Positions 9,676-18,579 of a DNA stretch of 64,000 nt are shown in pieces. A program made the position numbers and the translations under genes. The stretch comes from Candidatus Curtissbacteria bacterium (GTDB lineage Bacteria; Patescibacteriota; Microgenomatia; Curtissbacterales; GWA2-41-24). The notes beneath the pieces are model-generated. The model saw only the letters and a program-made list of their open reading frames with translations. It was not told where the DNA came from and ran no database searches. Location: NCBI GenBank assembly GCA_016183325.1, contig JACPEV010000013.1, positions 4,837 to 68,836 on the forward strand. Direction: 5' to 3'. Numbering within the stretch: position 1 is the stretch's first letter; every line of letters starts with the position of its first letter.

Positions 9676-10764
9676 ATGAATAAGTCAATTGTTAAAAAGA
9701 GGATATTGACAGGAGACAGACCTACCGGCAGATTACATCTTGGGCATTATGTCGGCTCACTTAGGAATCGGGTGAGATTGCAGGATGAGTATGAGTGCTT
9801 CTTTATTATTGCCGATTTGCACACGCTAACAACACGGCCGGGAAGAACCGAAGAATTAAAAGAAAACATCAAACAATTGGTTTTGGATTATCTGTCGGTT
9901 GGGATAGATCCAAAAAAGGCGACGATCTATGTGCAGTCGCAGATACCAGAAGCTGCAGAGCTGGCAGTGATTTTTGGAAATTTGACGACGGTGCCAAGAC
10001 TTGAGCGGGTACCGACTCTTAAGGATGTGATGAGGGATTCCCATATTCAAATTCCGTCGTTCGGACTTTTGGGATATCCGGTTTTGCAGGCTGCCGATAT
10101 TTTGATGGTAAGAGCTAATTTGGTACCGGTTGGCCGCGATCAGGCCTCGCATATTGAGGTAACGAGAGAAATAGCCAGAGAGTTCAACAAGCTCTATGGA
10201 GTTCACATCGGGAAATCCACTCCCGGTGTGAATGAACTACACACCGGGAGTGTAAGCGGGGGAGATGGGCAAGTTTTTCCGATTCCCGAAGCGTTGATTC
10301 CGGAGGATATAGGTACTTTGCCGGGAACGGATGGAAAAGCTAAGATGAGTAAATCTGTCGGCAATGTGATTAATCTTTCGGACGATTCCGAGACGGTCAA
10401 AAAACAGGTGATGGGGATGTACACGGATCCGAAGAGGGTGCACGGGGATGAACCGGGTAACGTAGAGAATAACCCGGTTTTTATATACTTGGATGCATTT
10501 AGTCAAAGTGAAAAGTCAAAGTCGAAAGTAAAAGAACTGAAAGATAGGTACAAAAACGGTACAGTCAAGGATGTCGAGGTAAAAGAGTTTTTGGTGCAAG
10601 TGTTGGAGGAGTTTTTGCAACCACTGAGGGGGAGACGTGAAGAATATGAGAAACAGCCGGAACTCGTAGAAAAAATCTTGAAAGAGGGAACAGAGAGCGC
10701 GCGGGAAGAGGCAAAAAAGACACTTTCGCTTGTTAGAGCTGCAATGAAAATTGAGTACTTCTAA
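9676..10764 (+). CDS. trpS: tryptophan--tRNA ligase
   Basis: 362 aa. Class I HIGH motif [17 protein letters not shown] and KMSKS motif both present. Carries an in-frame insertion of about 20 aa from a palindromic element at 10217-10252. Confidence 0.9.
   Translation: MNKSIVKKRILTGDRPTGRLHLGHYVGSLRNRVRLQDEYECFFIIADLHTLTTRPGRTEELKENIKQLVLDYLSVGIDPKKATIYVQSQIPEAAELAVIFGNLTTVPRLERVPTLKDVMRDSHIQIPSFGLLGYPVLQAADILMVRANLVPVGRDQASHIEVTREIAREFNKLYGVHIGKSTPGVNELHTGSVSGGDGQVFPIPEALIPEDIGTLPGTDGKAKMSKSVGNVINLSDDSETVKKQVMGMYTDPKRVHGDEPGNVENNPVFIYLDAFSQSEKSKSKVKELKDRYKNGTVKDVEVKEFLVQVLEEFLQPLRGRREEYEKQPELVEKILKEGTESAREEAKKTLSLVRAAMKIEYF
10217..10252 (+). repeat. palindromic element family B, diverged copy, in-frame within trpS
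   Basis: ccactcccggtgtgaatgaactacacaccgggagtg encodes KSTPGVNELHTGSV. The B family has arms cccccggggtg / caccccggggg; this copy has arms ctcccggtgtg / cacaccgggag. Confidence 0.5.
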
Positions 10765-10813
10765 ACATCTCGCTTTTTATTTTTTCAAGTGATAAAATTA
10801 TTCGGAGTTTAAA

Positions 10814-12751
10814 ATGGCAAAAGTAGAATCGCAAGAGAACGGAAAATTAGCGGGTAGGTCCCCGATACCGCGCGTGCCTTTGCCTAAAATGAACGGTAAA
10901 TCTTCCTGGAGGGGATTTTTGATTTATATTGTTTTGGGATTTATTCTTTTTATTTTCTTCGCGTTTTCTACCAATCCAGAGCAGCGATTTCAAACGGCTG
11001 AACCACTCTCAAAAGTGATTTCTGACATTCGTGACAATAAAGTCGAACAAGTCGAAGTCGATGGGGAGAGAATTTCAGTCAAATTAAAGGATGGTACGGT
11101 TTATGCTTCCAGAAAAGAGGAAAATCAGAGCATGACCGAAATATTGAAAGATGCTGATGTTGATCCAACTTTGGCCCAGATTAACGTTCGTGATCGGACT
11201 TTTTCGCAGGCGTGGATTACAATATTGACCACTTTTTTACCTTTGGTACTAATGGTTCTTTTCTTCTTTTTTATTTTCAGGCAGGCCAGAGAAGGCGCTT
11301 CTTCGGTTTTTGCTTTTGGCCAGTCAAAAGCTAGGCAATTCAGCCGCGATATGCCAAAGGTTACTTTTGCGGATGTGGCCGGAGTTGATGAAGCTAAGCA
11401 AGAGCTACAAGAGGTGGTTGACTTTTTAAGACATCCTGAAAAATATAGAGCAGTTGGTGCAAGAACTCCCAAAGGAGCACTTTTGATTGGGCCAGCTGGT
11501 ACCGGTAAAACACTTTTAGCAAAGGCTGTTGCCGGAGAAGCGGGAGTGCCTTTTTATTCGGTTGCCGGTAGTGAATTTATGGAAATGTTGGTCGGAGTCG
11601 GGGCTGCCAGGGTTCGCGATCTATTTTCCCAAGCAAAAAGAAGTGCCCCGGCAATTATTTTTATTGATGAGATTGAATCAATCGGCAGAATGAGAGGGAT
11701 GGGCTTTTCGGGAGGTCACGACGAGCGCGAGCAGACTCTAAATCAGATTTTGGTTGAAATGGATGGATTTAATCCAAATGATAACGTTCTGGTGATGGCA
11801 GCGACTAACAGACCTGATTTATTGGATCCCGCCCTGACCCGACCTGGCAGGTTTGATAGAAGAGTCACTTTGGATCTTCCTGATATTGAGGGAAGAAAAG
11901 CGATACTTAAAATTCACAAGAAGGGGAAACCGTTTGCGCCGGATGTTGATGACGAGCGGATTGCCAGAAGAACCGTAGGTTTTTCGGGAGCGGATCTTGC
12001 CAATATGTTAAATGAGGCAGCGATTTTGGCGGCAAGAACGGGTAAAAAAGCTATTGATAACTTGGATATTGAGGAGGCTGCCACAAAAGTTAAACTTGGG
12101 CCACAAAGGAGAAGGATGCAATCTGAGGAAGAAAGAAAGATGACGGCATATCATGAAGGAGGGCATGCGCTGGTTGCTCATTTCCTGCCGAATGTTGACC
12201 CGGTTCATAGAATTTCTATTGTTGCTCGAGGCGTGACAGGAGGGCATACATTAGTGCCGCCTACAGTTGACAGGTATACGGAAACTAAGACAAGGTTGAT
12301 GGAAAGAATTGCCACTTTGCTTGGGGGAAGATCTGCTGAGGAGCTGATTTTTAATGAGTTTACAACCGGTGCAGCTTCTGATCTGGAAATTGCATCAGGT
12401 CTGGCCCGGGATATGGTGACTGAGTTTGGCATGAGCGATCTAGGGCCTACCATATTTTCTCCGAGGCCTCAGTTTGGAATCTGGCCGGTGATGGAAGGGG
12501 GAAGTCAAGTGTCACCGGAGCTGGCTGCCAAAATTGATAAAGAGATTTCTAAGTTAATTGATGCGGGGCATAAAAAGGCAAGAGAGTTGTTGCAAAAACA
12601 TAAGGCGAAACTTGATCTTGTCGCAGAGACTCTTCTTGTGAAGGAGACTTTGGATCGAGATGAGTTTGAGAAGCTGGTCGGTAAGCCAGTTTCTACAAAT
12701 GGGGAGATTAAAATTAAGAGCTCTACTTCTGCCAAATCCGTCCAGGCATGA
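10814..12751 (+). CDS. ftsH: ATP-dependent zinc metalloprotease FtsH
   Basis: 645 aa. N-terminal TM helices, AAA Walker A GPAGTGKT, second region of homology (SRH), and zinc motif HEGGHALVAH. Confidence 0.95.
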   Translation: MAKVESQENGKLAGRSPIPRVPLPKMNGKSSWRGFLIYIVLGFILFIFFAFSTNPEQRFQTAEPLSKVISDIRDNKVEQVEVDGERISVKLKDGTVYASRKEENQSMTEILKDADVDPTLAQINVRDRTFSQAWITILTTFLPLVLMVLFFFFIFRQAREGASSVFAFGQSKARQFSRDMPKVTFADVAGVDEAKQELQEVVDFLRHPEKYRAVGARTPKGALLIGPAGTGKTLLAKAVAGEAGVPFYSVAGSEFMEMLVGVGAARVRDLFSQAKRSAPAIIFIDEIESIGRMRGMGFSGGHDEREQTLNQILVEMDGFNPNDNVLVMAATNRPDLLDPALTRPGRFDRRVTLDLPDIEGRKAILKIHKKGKPFAPDVDDERIARRTVGFSGADLANMLNEAAILAARTGKKAIDNLDIEEAATKVKLGPQRRRMQSEEERKMTAYHEGGHALVAHFLPNVDPVHRISIVARGVTGGHTLVPPTVDRYTETKTRLMERIATLLGGRSAEELIFNEFTTGAASDLEIASGLARDMVTEFGMSDLGPTIFSPRPQFGIWPVMEGGSQVSPELAAKIDKEISKLIDAGHKKARELLQKHKAKLDLVAETLLVKETLDRDEFEKLVGKPVSTNGEIKIKSSTSAKSVQA

Positions 12752-12917
12752 AATACCCCATTCTTGCGAATGGGGGCCCCAAGAAAGATAATATCTCCTG
12801 TATATATTGTTCGAGCTTGCTCGCCTCGCTGCGAAGCGGGTCGAGAACTTACTTTTAAATCTTGGATAAATCAGATCCTGAAACCCATTCGGGTCGATAA
12901 AATCAGACGAGTTCAGG

Positions 12918-14024
12918 ATGACGAAGAAGAAGGATGTATACTCGGAGATTAATAATATGGCTAAAAAGCTGCTTCTAATCGACGGGAATTCACTATTTCA
13001 TCGGGCATATCATGCACTGCCGCCGCTGACGGATAAAAACGGGGAGATGGCCAATGCGGTGTTTGGATTTTCTAATATGTTGCTTAAGGCAATTTCTGAA
13101 GTCAAACCGGATTATATTGCTTGTGCATTTGACACAAAAGCTCCGACTTTTCGCCACATTGAATTTGAGAAATATAAAGCTCAAAGAGTTGCGCCGCCGC
13201 CGGATCTTTATCCGCAACTGCCGAAAGTGAAAAAAGTTTTGGATGCGTTTGGAATTGCTTATTTTGAAAAAGAGGGCTATGAAGCAGATGATTTGTTGGC
13301 AACACTGGCAACTAGAGCCTTGGAATCTGTCATCCTGGAGGGAGTGAAACGACCGATAGGATCTAATGAAAAAAAGAGTAGAGATTCTATCGCTTCGCTC
13401 CAGAATGACAAAAGTGTAGATCAAGTAATTATTCTTTCTGGTGATAGAGACTGTCTGCAATTAGTTGACGGTAGAGTCAAAGTTCAGATGCCGGGATGGA
13501 ATTTGCAGGGGACTACATTATATGGATCGGAGGAGGTTCGGGAAAAATATGGACTCGAACCTCATCAGATGGTGGATTACAAGTCGCTCGTCGGAGATCC
13601 TTCGGATAATGTGCCGGGAGTCAGTGGAATAGGGCCAAAAACTGCAAGTCAACTTTTACAAAAATATCACACCCTGGAAAATCTTTTTAAAAACCTTAAC
13701 AAGATTCCTGAGGCTTTACGTCAAAAACTAGAAGTCGGCCACAAGACAGCCCTTGCTGCTAAGAAGTTGGTGGAACTGGACCGAAACATCGATTTACGAT
13801 TTACGATTAACGATTTACGATTTGAACCGGATTGGGAGAAGGTTCGGCGGGAATACGAACGATTAGGCTTTAAAAGCATAGTCGCGAAGATCCTTGGATC
13901 AGCTAACACCTCCGAGGTGGGTTTACCCCGAGCGGAGTCGAGGGGCTTTGACTCATCGGAGGTGGGTCAAGCCGCGAAGCGAAAACCCAAATCCAATAAC
14001 TCTGATCAGCTTGAGTTAATCTGA
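12918..14024 (+). CDS. 5'-3' exonuclease (Pol I N-terminal domain / FEN family), stand-alone, with a C-terminal extension
   Basis: KKLLLIDGNSLFHRAYHALPPL, then GYEADD, and H3TH GVSGIGPKTA. Probable true start is MAKKLL at 12957. Contains in-frame repeat insertions at 13329-13409, about 13790-13830 and 13906-13966. Confidence 0.8.
   Translation: MTKKKDVYSEINNMAKKLLLIDGNSLFHRAYHALPPLTDKNGEMANAVFGFSNMLLKAISEVKPDYIACAFDTKAPTFRHIEFEKYKAQRVAPPPDLYPQLPKVKKVLDAFGIAYFEKEGYEADDLLATLATRALESVILEGVKRPIGSNEKKSRDSIASLQNDKSVDQVIILSGDRDCLQLVDGRVKVQMPGWNLQGTTLYGSEEVREKYGLEPHQMVDYKSLVGDPSDNVPGVSGIGPKTASQLLQKYHTLENLFKNLNKIPEALRQKLEVGHKTALAAKKLVELDRNIDLRFTINDLRFEPDWEKVRREYERLGFKSIVAKILGSANTSEVGLPRAESRGFDSSEVGQAAKRKPKSNNSDQLELI
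13329..13409 (+). repeat. palindromic element family A, copy A1, in-frame within the exonuclease gene
   Basis: gtcatcctggagggagtgaaacgaccgataggatc...gattctatcgcttcgctccagaatgac, with inverted termini gtcatYctggag. Translated in-frame as SVILEGVKRPIGSNEKKSRDSIASLQNDK. Confidence 0.8.
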
Positions 14025-14061
14025 TGGCAATTAAAGCTGTCATTTTGATTTTGATGGGCTT

Positions 14062-14700
14062 TTGGTCAATACCCAGGAGTTAATAGATCTTTCTTATAAA
14101 GAGATTTTGGCAAGAAAGGGAGCCAGTATTACTCAGGAAGGTTTGGTAAATATGTTTGGAAGACCAGGTTTAGTAAACGCTCGCTATATTGTCGAAAAAT
14201 ATGGCCTAAATGATAAGCCTGAGGAGTTTTTGGAGGAAAGAAGAAAAATTGCTTTGGATTTATTCGATCAGAAGATGGAGCTTATGGAAGGAGTAGTTGA
14301 ACTTCTAGAAAATACCAGAAGGTGGGGAATCAAGTGTGCGATCGCAAGCAGCGGTTGGCGGGAGATTGTAATGGATACTCTTCAAAAATATGATATTACA
14401 CAATATTTTGATGAAGTGATTACTGCGGAAGATCTAAAGACCAGTGAAGGAAAGCCAGACCCAGAGGTATTTTTGATAACTGCAGAAAAGCTAGGAGTTA
14501 AACCGGAAGCCTGCTTGGTTCTCGAGGACGCACCTAATGGTATTGTAGCCGCAAAAGCAGCGGGAATGAGGTCGATTTTCGTGCCGAGTGTTGAATATAT
14601 AGCTCTTGATCAAGTGCCGGCTGATTTAGTTTTAAGGACATTGAGAGAGCTGAATAGTGAGGTGTTAAATGCGCTCGGTAAAGAAAGGTCACGCAATTGA
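14062..14700 (+). CDS. HAD-superfamily hydrolase (beta-phosphoglucomutase-like, HAD-IA); the N-terminus appears frameshifted
   Basis: C-terminal motifs LVLEDAPNGIVAAKAAGM. The nucleophile motif (A)VIFDFDGLLVNTQEL lies upstream from ATG 14024 but is out of frame by one base, at the T-run 14044-14047. Confidence 0.7.
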   Translation: MVNTQELIDLSYKEILARKGASITQEGLVNMFGRPGLVNARYIVEKYGLNDKPEEFLEERRKIALDLFDQKMELMEGVVELLENTRRWGIKCAIASSGWREIVMDTLQKYDITQYFDEVITAEDLKTSEGKPDPEVFLITAEKLGVKPEACLVLEDAPNGIVAAKAAGMRSIFVPSVEYIALDQVPADLVLRTLRELNSEVLNALGKERSRN

Positions 14701-14739
14701 AGCAAAAGTTTAAAAGAGCCTGCTATATGAGGAAATTTT

Positions 14740-15201
14740 TCAAGAAGACCTAGTTTTTAAGCTGCCAAGTAAGATGATATGTTTGTCTTTTTTAAACTGC
14801 CCAAAATATTTTTTGTCGGCAGTAATAAATAAAGAATCGGTAAAATAGGCAAGCAAGTGGTAAGAAGCATCGTAAAAACTAACATAATGAAGTTTGGCAA
14901 ATTTGCCAATGGTGACATTCTCGGTTTTGCTAAAAGAATATATCTCAAACGGTTGAGATAAAAGAAAAGCAAATTTTTCTTCAAAAAGCCCGGTGGAGAG
15001 TTTTCTAACTAGGGTATTGCCGACTTCGTAGTTCCAGAACGAGGGCAGAGTGATAGTTAGTTTTTGATTGGCGAATCGTTCGAACAGTAAAAGAGCTTCT
15101 CTAACATTCTCTTCATTTTTTTCGGGGAGGACAATTTTGACAAGGATTGAGGCGTCAAGAACTGCAGATTTTAATGGCTTTGCCGATCTTCCCTTATCCA
15201 T
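14740..15201 (-). CDS. PIN-domain toxin (VapC family)
   Basis: AVLDASILVKIVL near the N-terminus and later acidic residues, PIN-like. Overlaps the upstream antitoxin gene. Confidence 0.55.
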   Translation of the reverse strand: MDKGRSAKPLKSAVLDASILVKIVLPEKNEENVREALLLFERFANQKLTITLPSFWNYEVGNTLVRKLSTGLFEEKFAFLLSQPFEIYSFSKTENVTIGKFAKLHYVSFYDASYHLLAYFTDSLFITADKKYFGQFKKDKHIILLGSLKTRSS

Positions 15202-15413
15202 TGGACAACTTCTTCAAGACTAACCTTGGGGCCTTTTTTGCGAATTCGCAAGAGTTCTTTGTACATGTCTTTGTGACTCAATTGACTTAATCTTTCCTCG
15301 ATAGCTTCGGTAACGACCTTGCTTCTTTGCCCACGAGGGATAGCTCGGCGAAGCTTTTTGGCAGTTTCTTTTGGGATTAAGATGTTGATTCTTTCATACG
15401 TTTGTGTCTGCAT
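15171..15413 (-). CDS. ribbon-helix-helix antitoxin (VapB/CopG-like)
   Basis: MQTQTYERINILIPKETAKKLRRAIPRGQRSKVVTEAIEERL is an RHH N-terminus. Start chosen at the MQTQ Met (15413). Confidence 0.5.
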   Translation of the reverse strand: MQTQTYERINILIPKETAKKLRRAIPRGQRSKVVTEAIEERLSQLSHKDMYKELLRIRKKGPKVSLEEVVQWIREDRQSH

Positions 15414-15471
15414 GATATGATTTATCTTACACAATAGATTACACACTGTCAATCAGTCAGAATAAACTAGC

Positions 15472-16782
15472 ATGAAAATCGCCCTCGTCCATGACTACTT
15501 AAACGAATTTGGTGGGGCAGAACGGGTTCTTTTGGCGCTGTCGGAGATTTGGCCCAAGGCGCCGATTTATACGGCGTTTTATAAAAAGGGATCGACGGCA
15601 TACGAGCGATTTGCCGATAAAAAAATAATTGCTTCTTGGGCCCAAAATGTGCCCTTTTTTGCCGACTACTTGCACAGTCCCTTGAGATTTTTAGCTCCTT
15701 TGATTTGGGGCAGTTTTGATTTTTCGGGATTTGATGTGGTCATTACGTCGGCCAGTTGGTATGTGACGAAAGGCGTGATCAGGTCATCAGGTCATCAGGT
15801 AATCAGGACATCGGGAAAAAAGGGGAAAAATCCCGACAACCCGACAACCCGACAACCCGACAACCCGATTGAGGTTTGTTATTGTCACACGCCACCGAGA
15901 TATTTGTATGGCTATACAACCTCGGTTGATTGGCAGAAATATTGGCCGGTGAGGTTGTATGCACTGATAGTGAATCATTTCATGCGGGTTTATGATTTTG
16001 AAGCAGCGCAGAGGGTCGATCATTTTATTGCTAATTCGAAGGAAGTCGCAGGAAGGATTAAGAAGTTTTACAGACGTGATTCGACGGTAATTTATCCGCC
16101 GGTAGATTTACCATGTTCATCGTTAATTGTTAATAGTTCATCGGAAAAAAGAGCGATGAACGATAGGCAAAGCCTGCGGTCCTCGTCGAGTCAAGACTCG
16201 ACTCCGGGCCTAAAACGATCTACGATTAACGATTACTTCCTTGTTGTTTCCAGAATCGTCGGCGGTAAAGGTTTAAATTTAGCTGTTGAGGTGGCGATGA
16301 AAATGAACTTGAAGTTGAAAGTGGTGGGGAGTTCGGCGGGGTATGGAAGGGAATATCAAAAATTGAGAGAGATAGCCCGCCTCAGCTCGGCGAGGCAAAC
16401 TGGTCCAAATGTGGAGTTTTTGGGGTTTGTCGAAGATAGTGAGCTTGCCGAACTATACTGCGGAGCACGAGCTTTTTTGGCTTTGGCGCAGGATGAGGAT
16501 TTTGGAATAACGCCTGTTGAGGCGATGCTTTGCGGCACACCGGTGATTGCGTTTGATGGGGGGGGATATAGGGAAACGGTCATCCAGCGAAAAACCGGGC
16601 TGTTCTTTGATCCGGCGACAGCGGGTTCTTTAACTTTGGCAATTAATAATTTTTTAGATATGGAGAAAAAGGGGGAGTGGGACCGTGATTTTATCAAAGA
16701 ACACGCGCAGAAGTTTAATAAAGACAGGTTTAAGAAGGAAATAATCAAATTTGTACAGCATAAGATACGGATGGGAGAGTGA
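15472..16782 (+). CDS. glycosyltransferase family 4 (GT-B, RfaG-like)
   Basis: N-terminal MKIALVHDYLNEFGGAERV and C-terminal EDFGITPVEAMLCGTPVIAFDGGGYRETV (E-x7-E region). Two in-frame simple-repeat insertions at 15779-15870 and 16130-16240. Confidence 0.8.
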   Translation: MKIALVHDYLNEFGGAERVLLALSEIWPKAPIYTAFYKKGSTAYERFADKKIIASWAQNVPFFADYLHSPLRFLAPLIWGSFDFSGFDVVITSASWYVTKGVIRSSGHQVIRTSGKKGKNPDNPTTRQPDNPIEVCYCHTPPRYLYGYTTSVDWQKYWPVRLYALIVNHFMRVYDFEAAQRVDHFIANSKEVAGRIKKFYRRDSTVIYPPVDLPCSSLIVNSSSEKRAMNDRQSLRSSSSQDSTPGLKRSTINDYFLVVSRIVGGKGLNLAVEVAMKMNLKLKVVGSSAGYGREYQKLREIARLSSARQTGPNVEFLGFVEDSELAELYCGARAFLALAQDEDFGITPVEAMLCGTPVIAFDGGGYRETVIQRKTGLFFDPATAGSLTLAINNFLDMEKKGEWDRDFIKEHAQKFNKDRFKKEIIKFVQHKIRMGE

Positions 16783-16868
16783 TCACTGAAGGCACAGAAT
16801 ATGATCACAGAGGGCACAGAGGTCTCTGTGCTTTCTTATAGTTCAGTGACTTCTGTGATCAGGGAAGT

Positions 16869-17279
16869 ATGCGATCGCAGAGGGCACTGAATTTTATGAA
16901 GGCACAGAATTACAATTACAAACATAGTAATTTAACCGGTAAAATAATTGAGCTGGCAATTAAAGTTCATAAAAATTTGGGTTCAGCATACGAGGAGAAG
17001 CTTTATCAACGAGCGCTTTATTTGGAGCTTCAAAGATCAGGCCTAAGGTTTGAAAGGGAAAAGGAAATCAGTATTAATTATGGTAACGTTAGAATTGGCA
17101 AAAAGAAGTTAGATTTTGTTGTAGACGGCAAGATAGTTGTTGAATTGAAGAAGATAGATGCTATTGATAAAGTTCACGTCGCACAGGTAGTGTCATACTT
17201 GAAAACTTTAGGACTTAGCGTTGGTCTAATTTTGAATTTTGGCAATAGCAAACTTGAAATAAAAAGAGTAGTAGTTTGA
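16869..17279 (+). CDS. GxxExxY-family protein (PD-(D/E)xK nuclease-like)
   Basis: LGSAYEEKLYQRAL...VDGKIVVELKK. A paralog lies at 21871-22260. Confidence 0.6.
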   Translation: MRSQRALNFMKAQNYNYKHSNLTGKIIELAIKVHKNLGSAYEEKLYQRALYLELQRSGLRFEREKEISINYGNVRIGKKKLDFVVDGKIVVELKKIDAIDKVHVAQVVSYLKTLGLSVGLILNFGNSKLEIKRVVV

Positions 17280-17297
17280 TATAACTTATATGTTATA

Positions 17298-17579
17298 TTG
17301 TTGAATATGACTGACTGGAAAAACCTTCGAAAAGAATTGTTAAAAGATCCTGAATTTAAAGTTGAATATGAGAAGATGCAGCCTAAGTTCGAAGCAGTTG
17401 CTGCAATAATTGAGGCTAGGATTAAGAAGGGTTTGACTCAAGAGGCACTAGCGAGAAAAATTAGAACTAAGCAATCAGCTATTGCTCGGATCGAGAGTGG
17501 GAATGCGAATCCATCGGTTGAGTTTTTGCAAAAATTGGCGGAGGCACTAGGAAAGAAGTTGGTAATTCAATTTAAATGA
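17298..17579 (+). CDS. XRE-family HTH protein (HigA-like antitoxin)
   Basis: GLTQEALARKIRTKQSAIARIESGNANPSVEFLQKLAEALGKKL. Very similar to the HigA-like gene at 53868-54170. Confidence 0.65.
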   Translation: MLNMTDWKNLRKELLKDPEFKVEYEKMQPKFEAVAAIIEARIKKGLTQEALARKIRTKQSAIARIESGNANPSVEFLQKLAEALGKKLVIQFK

Positions 17580-17663
17580 TGAAAATCGAATTTTGGTTCA
17601 AAACCTTCCTGTCATGGCAGTGAGATTGTTGCATGTCCAGCGGTGTAGTGATTAAATGCATGT

Positions 17664-18545
17664 ATGGCAGATTCATCAGTGGAAAGTTCTGAAGGCGAAA
17701 AGTCTGGTAGATTACTAATAGAAGTAGCATCTCATGTAGCTGCAAGCCCTGATCACCCGGAATATACGGCTGATAGAGCCTACACAAGCGAAATTGCAGG
17801 GGGAAGAAGTGGGGTTATCGCTATTATGGATGGGGTCGGTTCGGGGGGGGCTCAATCTGCAAAAGCTGCAGAGTTTGTTCAGAGTCAAATCCGCAAAGAA
17901 TCGCCTTTTATAATTAAGATGCCTACTATTAATCAAGCAGCTGCAACACTGAAAAAAGCCATTTTTGCTGCAAGAGACGAAATACAAGCTCTTCAACAAG
18001 CTAGAGGTAATGAAAATATAGACACAACTGTTTCAGCTGCAATTCTTTGTGAAAGCCCAGATAGACAGAGACGATTTATGGTGATTGCAAATGTTGGCGA
18101 TAGCAGAATATATAAATATTCTCCCTCGACAGGCACGCTTGAGCAAATTACAAAAGATGACTCTTTGGTTCAAGGATTGGTTGATCAGGGACAAATTACT
18201 CCAGAAGAAGCTTTTAGTCATCCGAGACGTAACATTGTCACAAAAACAGTGGGTTCACTTTCAGATCCTAATGATGTAGGCATTGGTGTTTTTCAAGTAA
18301 AAGATGGAGATATATTCATAGCCGTTTCAGATGGCATTTCTGATAATATCACCCCCCACGGTTTACCTTTTGCCGTAAGAAATGAATTTGCAGCTTCTTA
18401 TGATTCGATTAAAAAACAAGCTGATTTGAAAAAATTCGCACAGCGTATTATCCAAAGAGCGGAGAATATCATGAGCAGTAGCTCGGCTTCTCAGGCCAAG
18501 CATGACGATGCTTCTGTCGCAGTATTAAGAACAAGAAGAGTATAA
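17664..18545 (+). CDS. PP2C-family Ser/Thr protein phosphatase
   Basis: IAIMDGVGSGG...ANVGDSRIY...VSDGISDNI are PP2C metal-binding motifs. Confidence 0.75.
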   Translation: MADSSVESSEGEKSGRLLIEVASHVAASPDHPEYTADRAYTSEIAGGRSGVIAIMDGVGSGGAQSAKAAEFVQSQIRKESPFIIKMPTINQAAATLKKAIFAARDEIQALQQARGNENIDTTVSAAILCESPDRQRRFMVIANVGDSRIYKYSPSTGTLEQITKDDSLVQGLVDQGQITPEEAFSHPRRNIVTKTVGSLSDPNDVGIGVFQVKDGDIFIAVSDGISDNITPHGLPFAVRNEFAASYDSIKKQADLKKFAQRIIQRAENIMSSSSASQAKHDDASVAVLRTRRV

Positions 18546-18579
18546 TTCATCACTTACTTATAAATCACTTCTGCGATAT

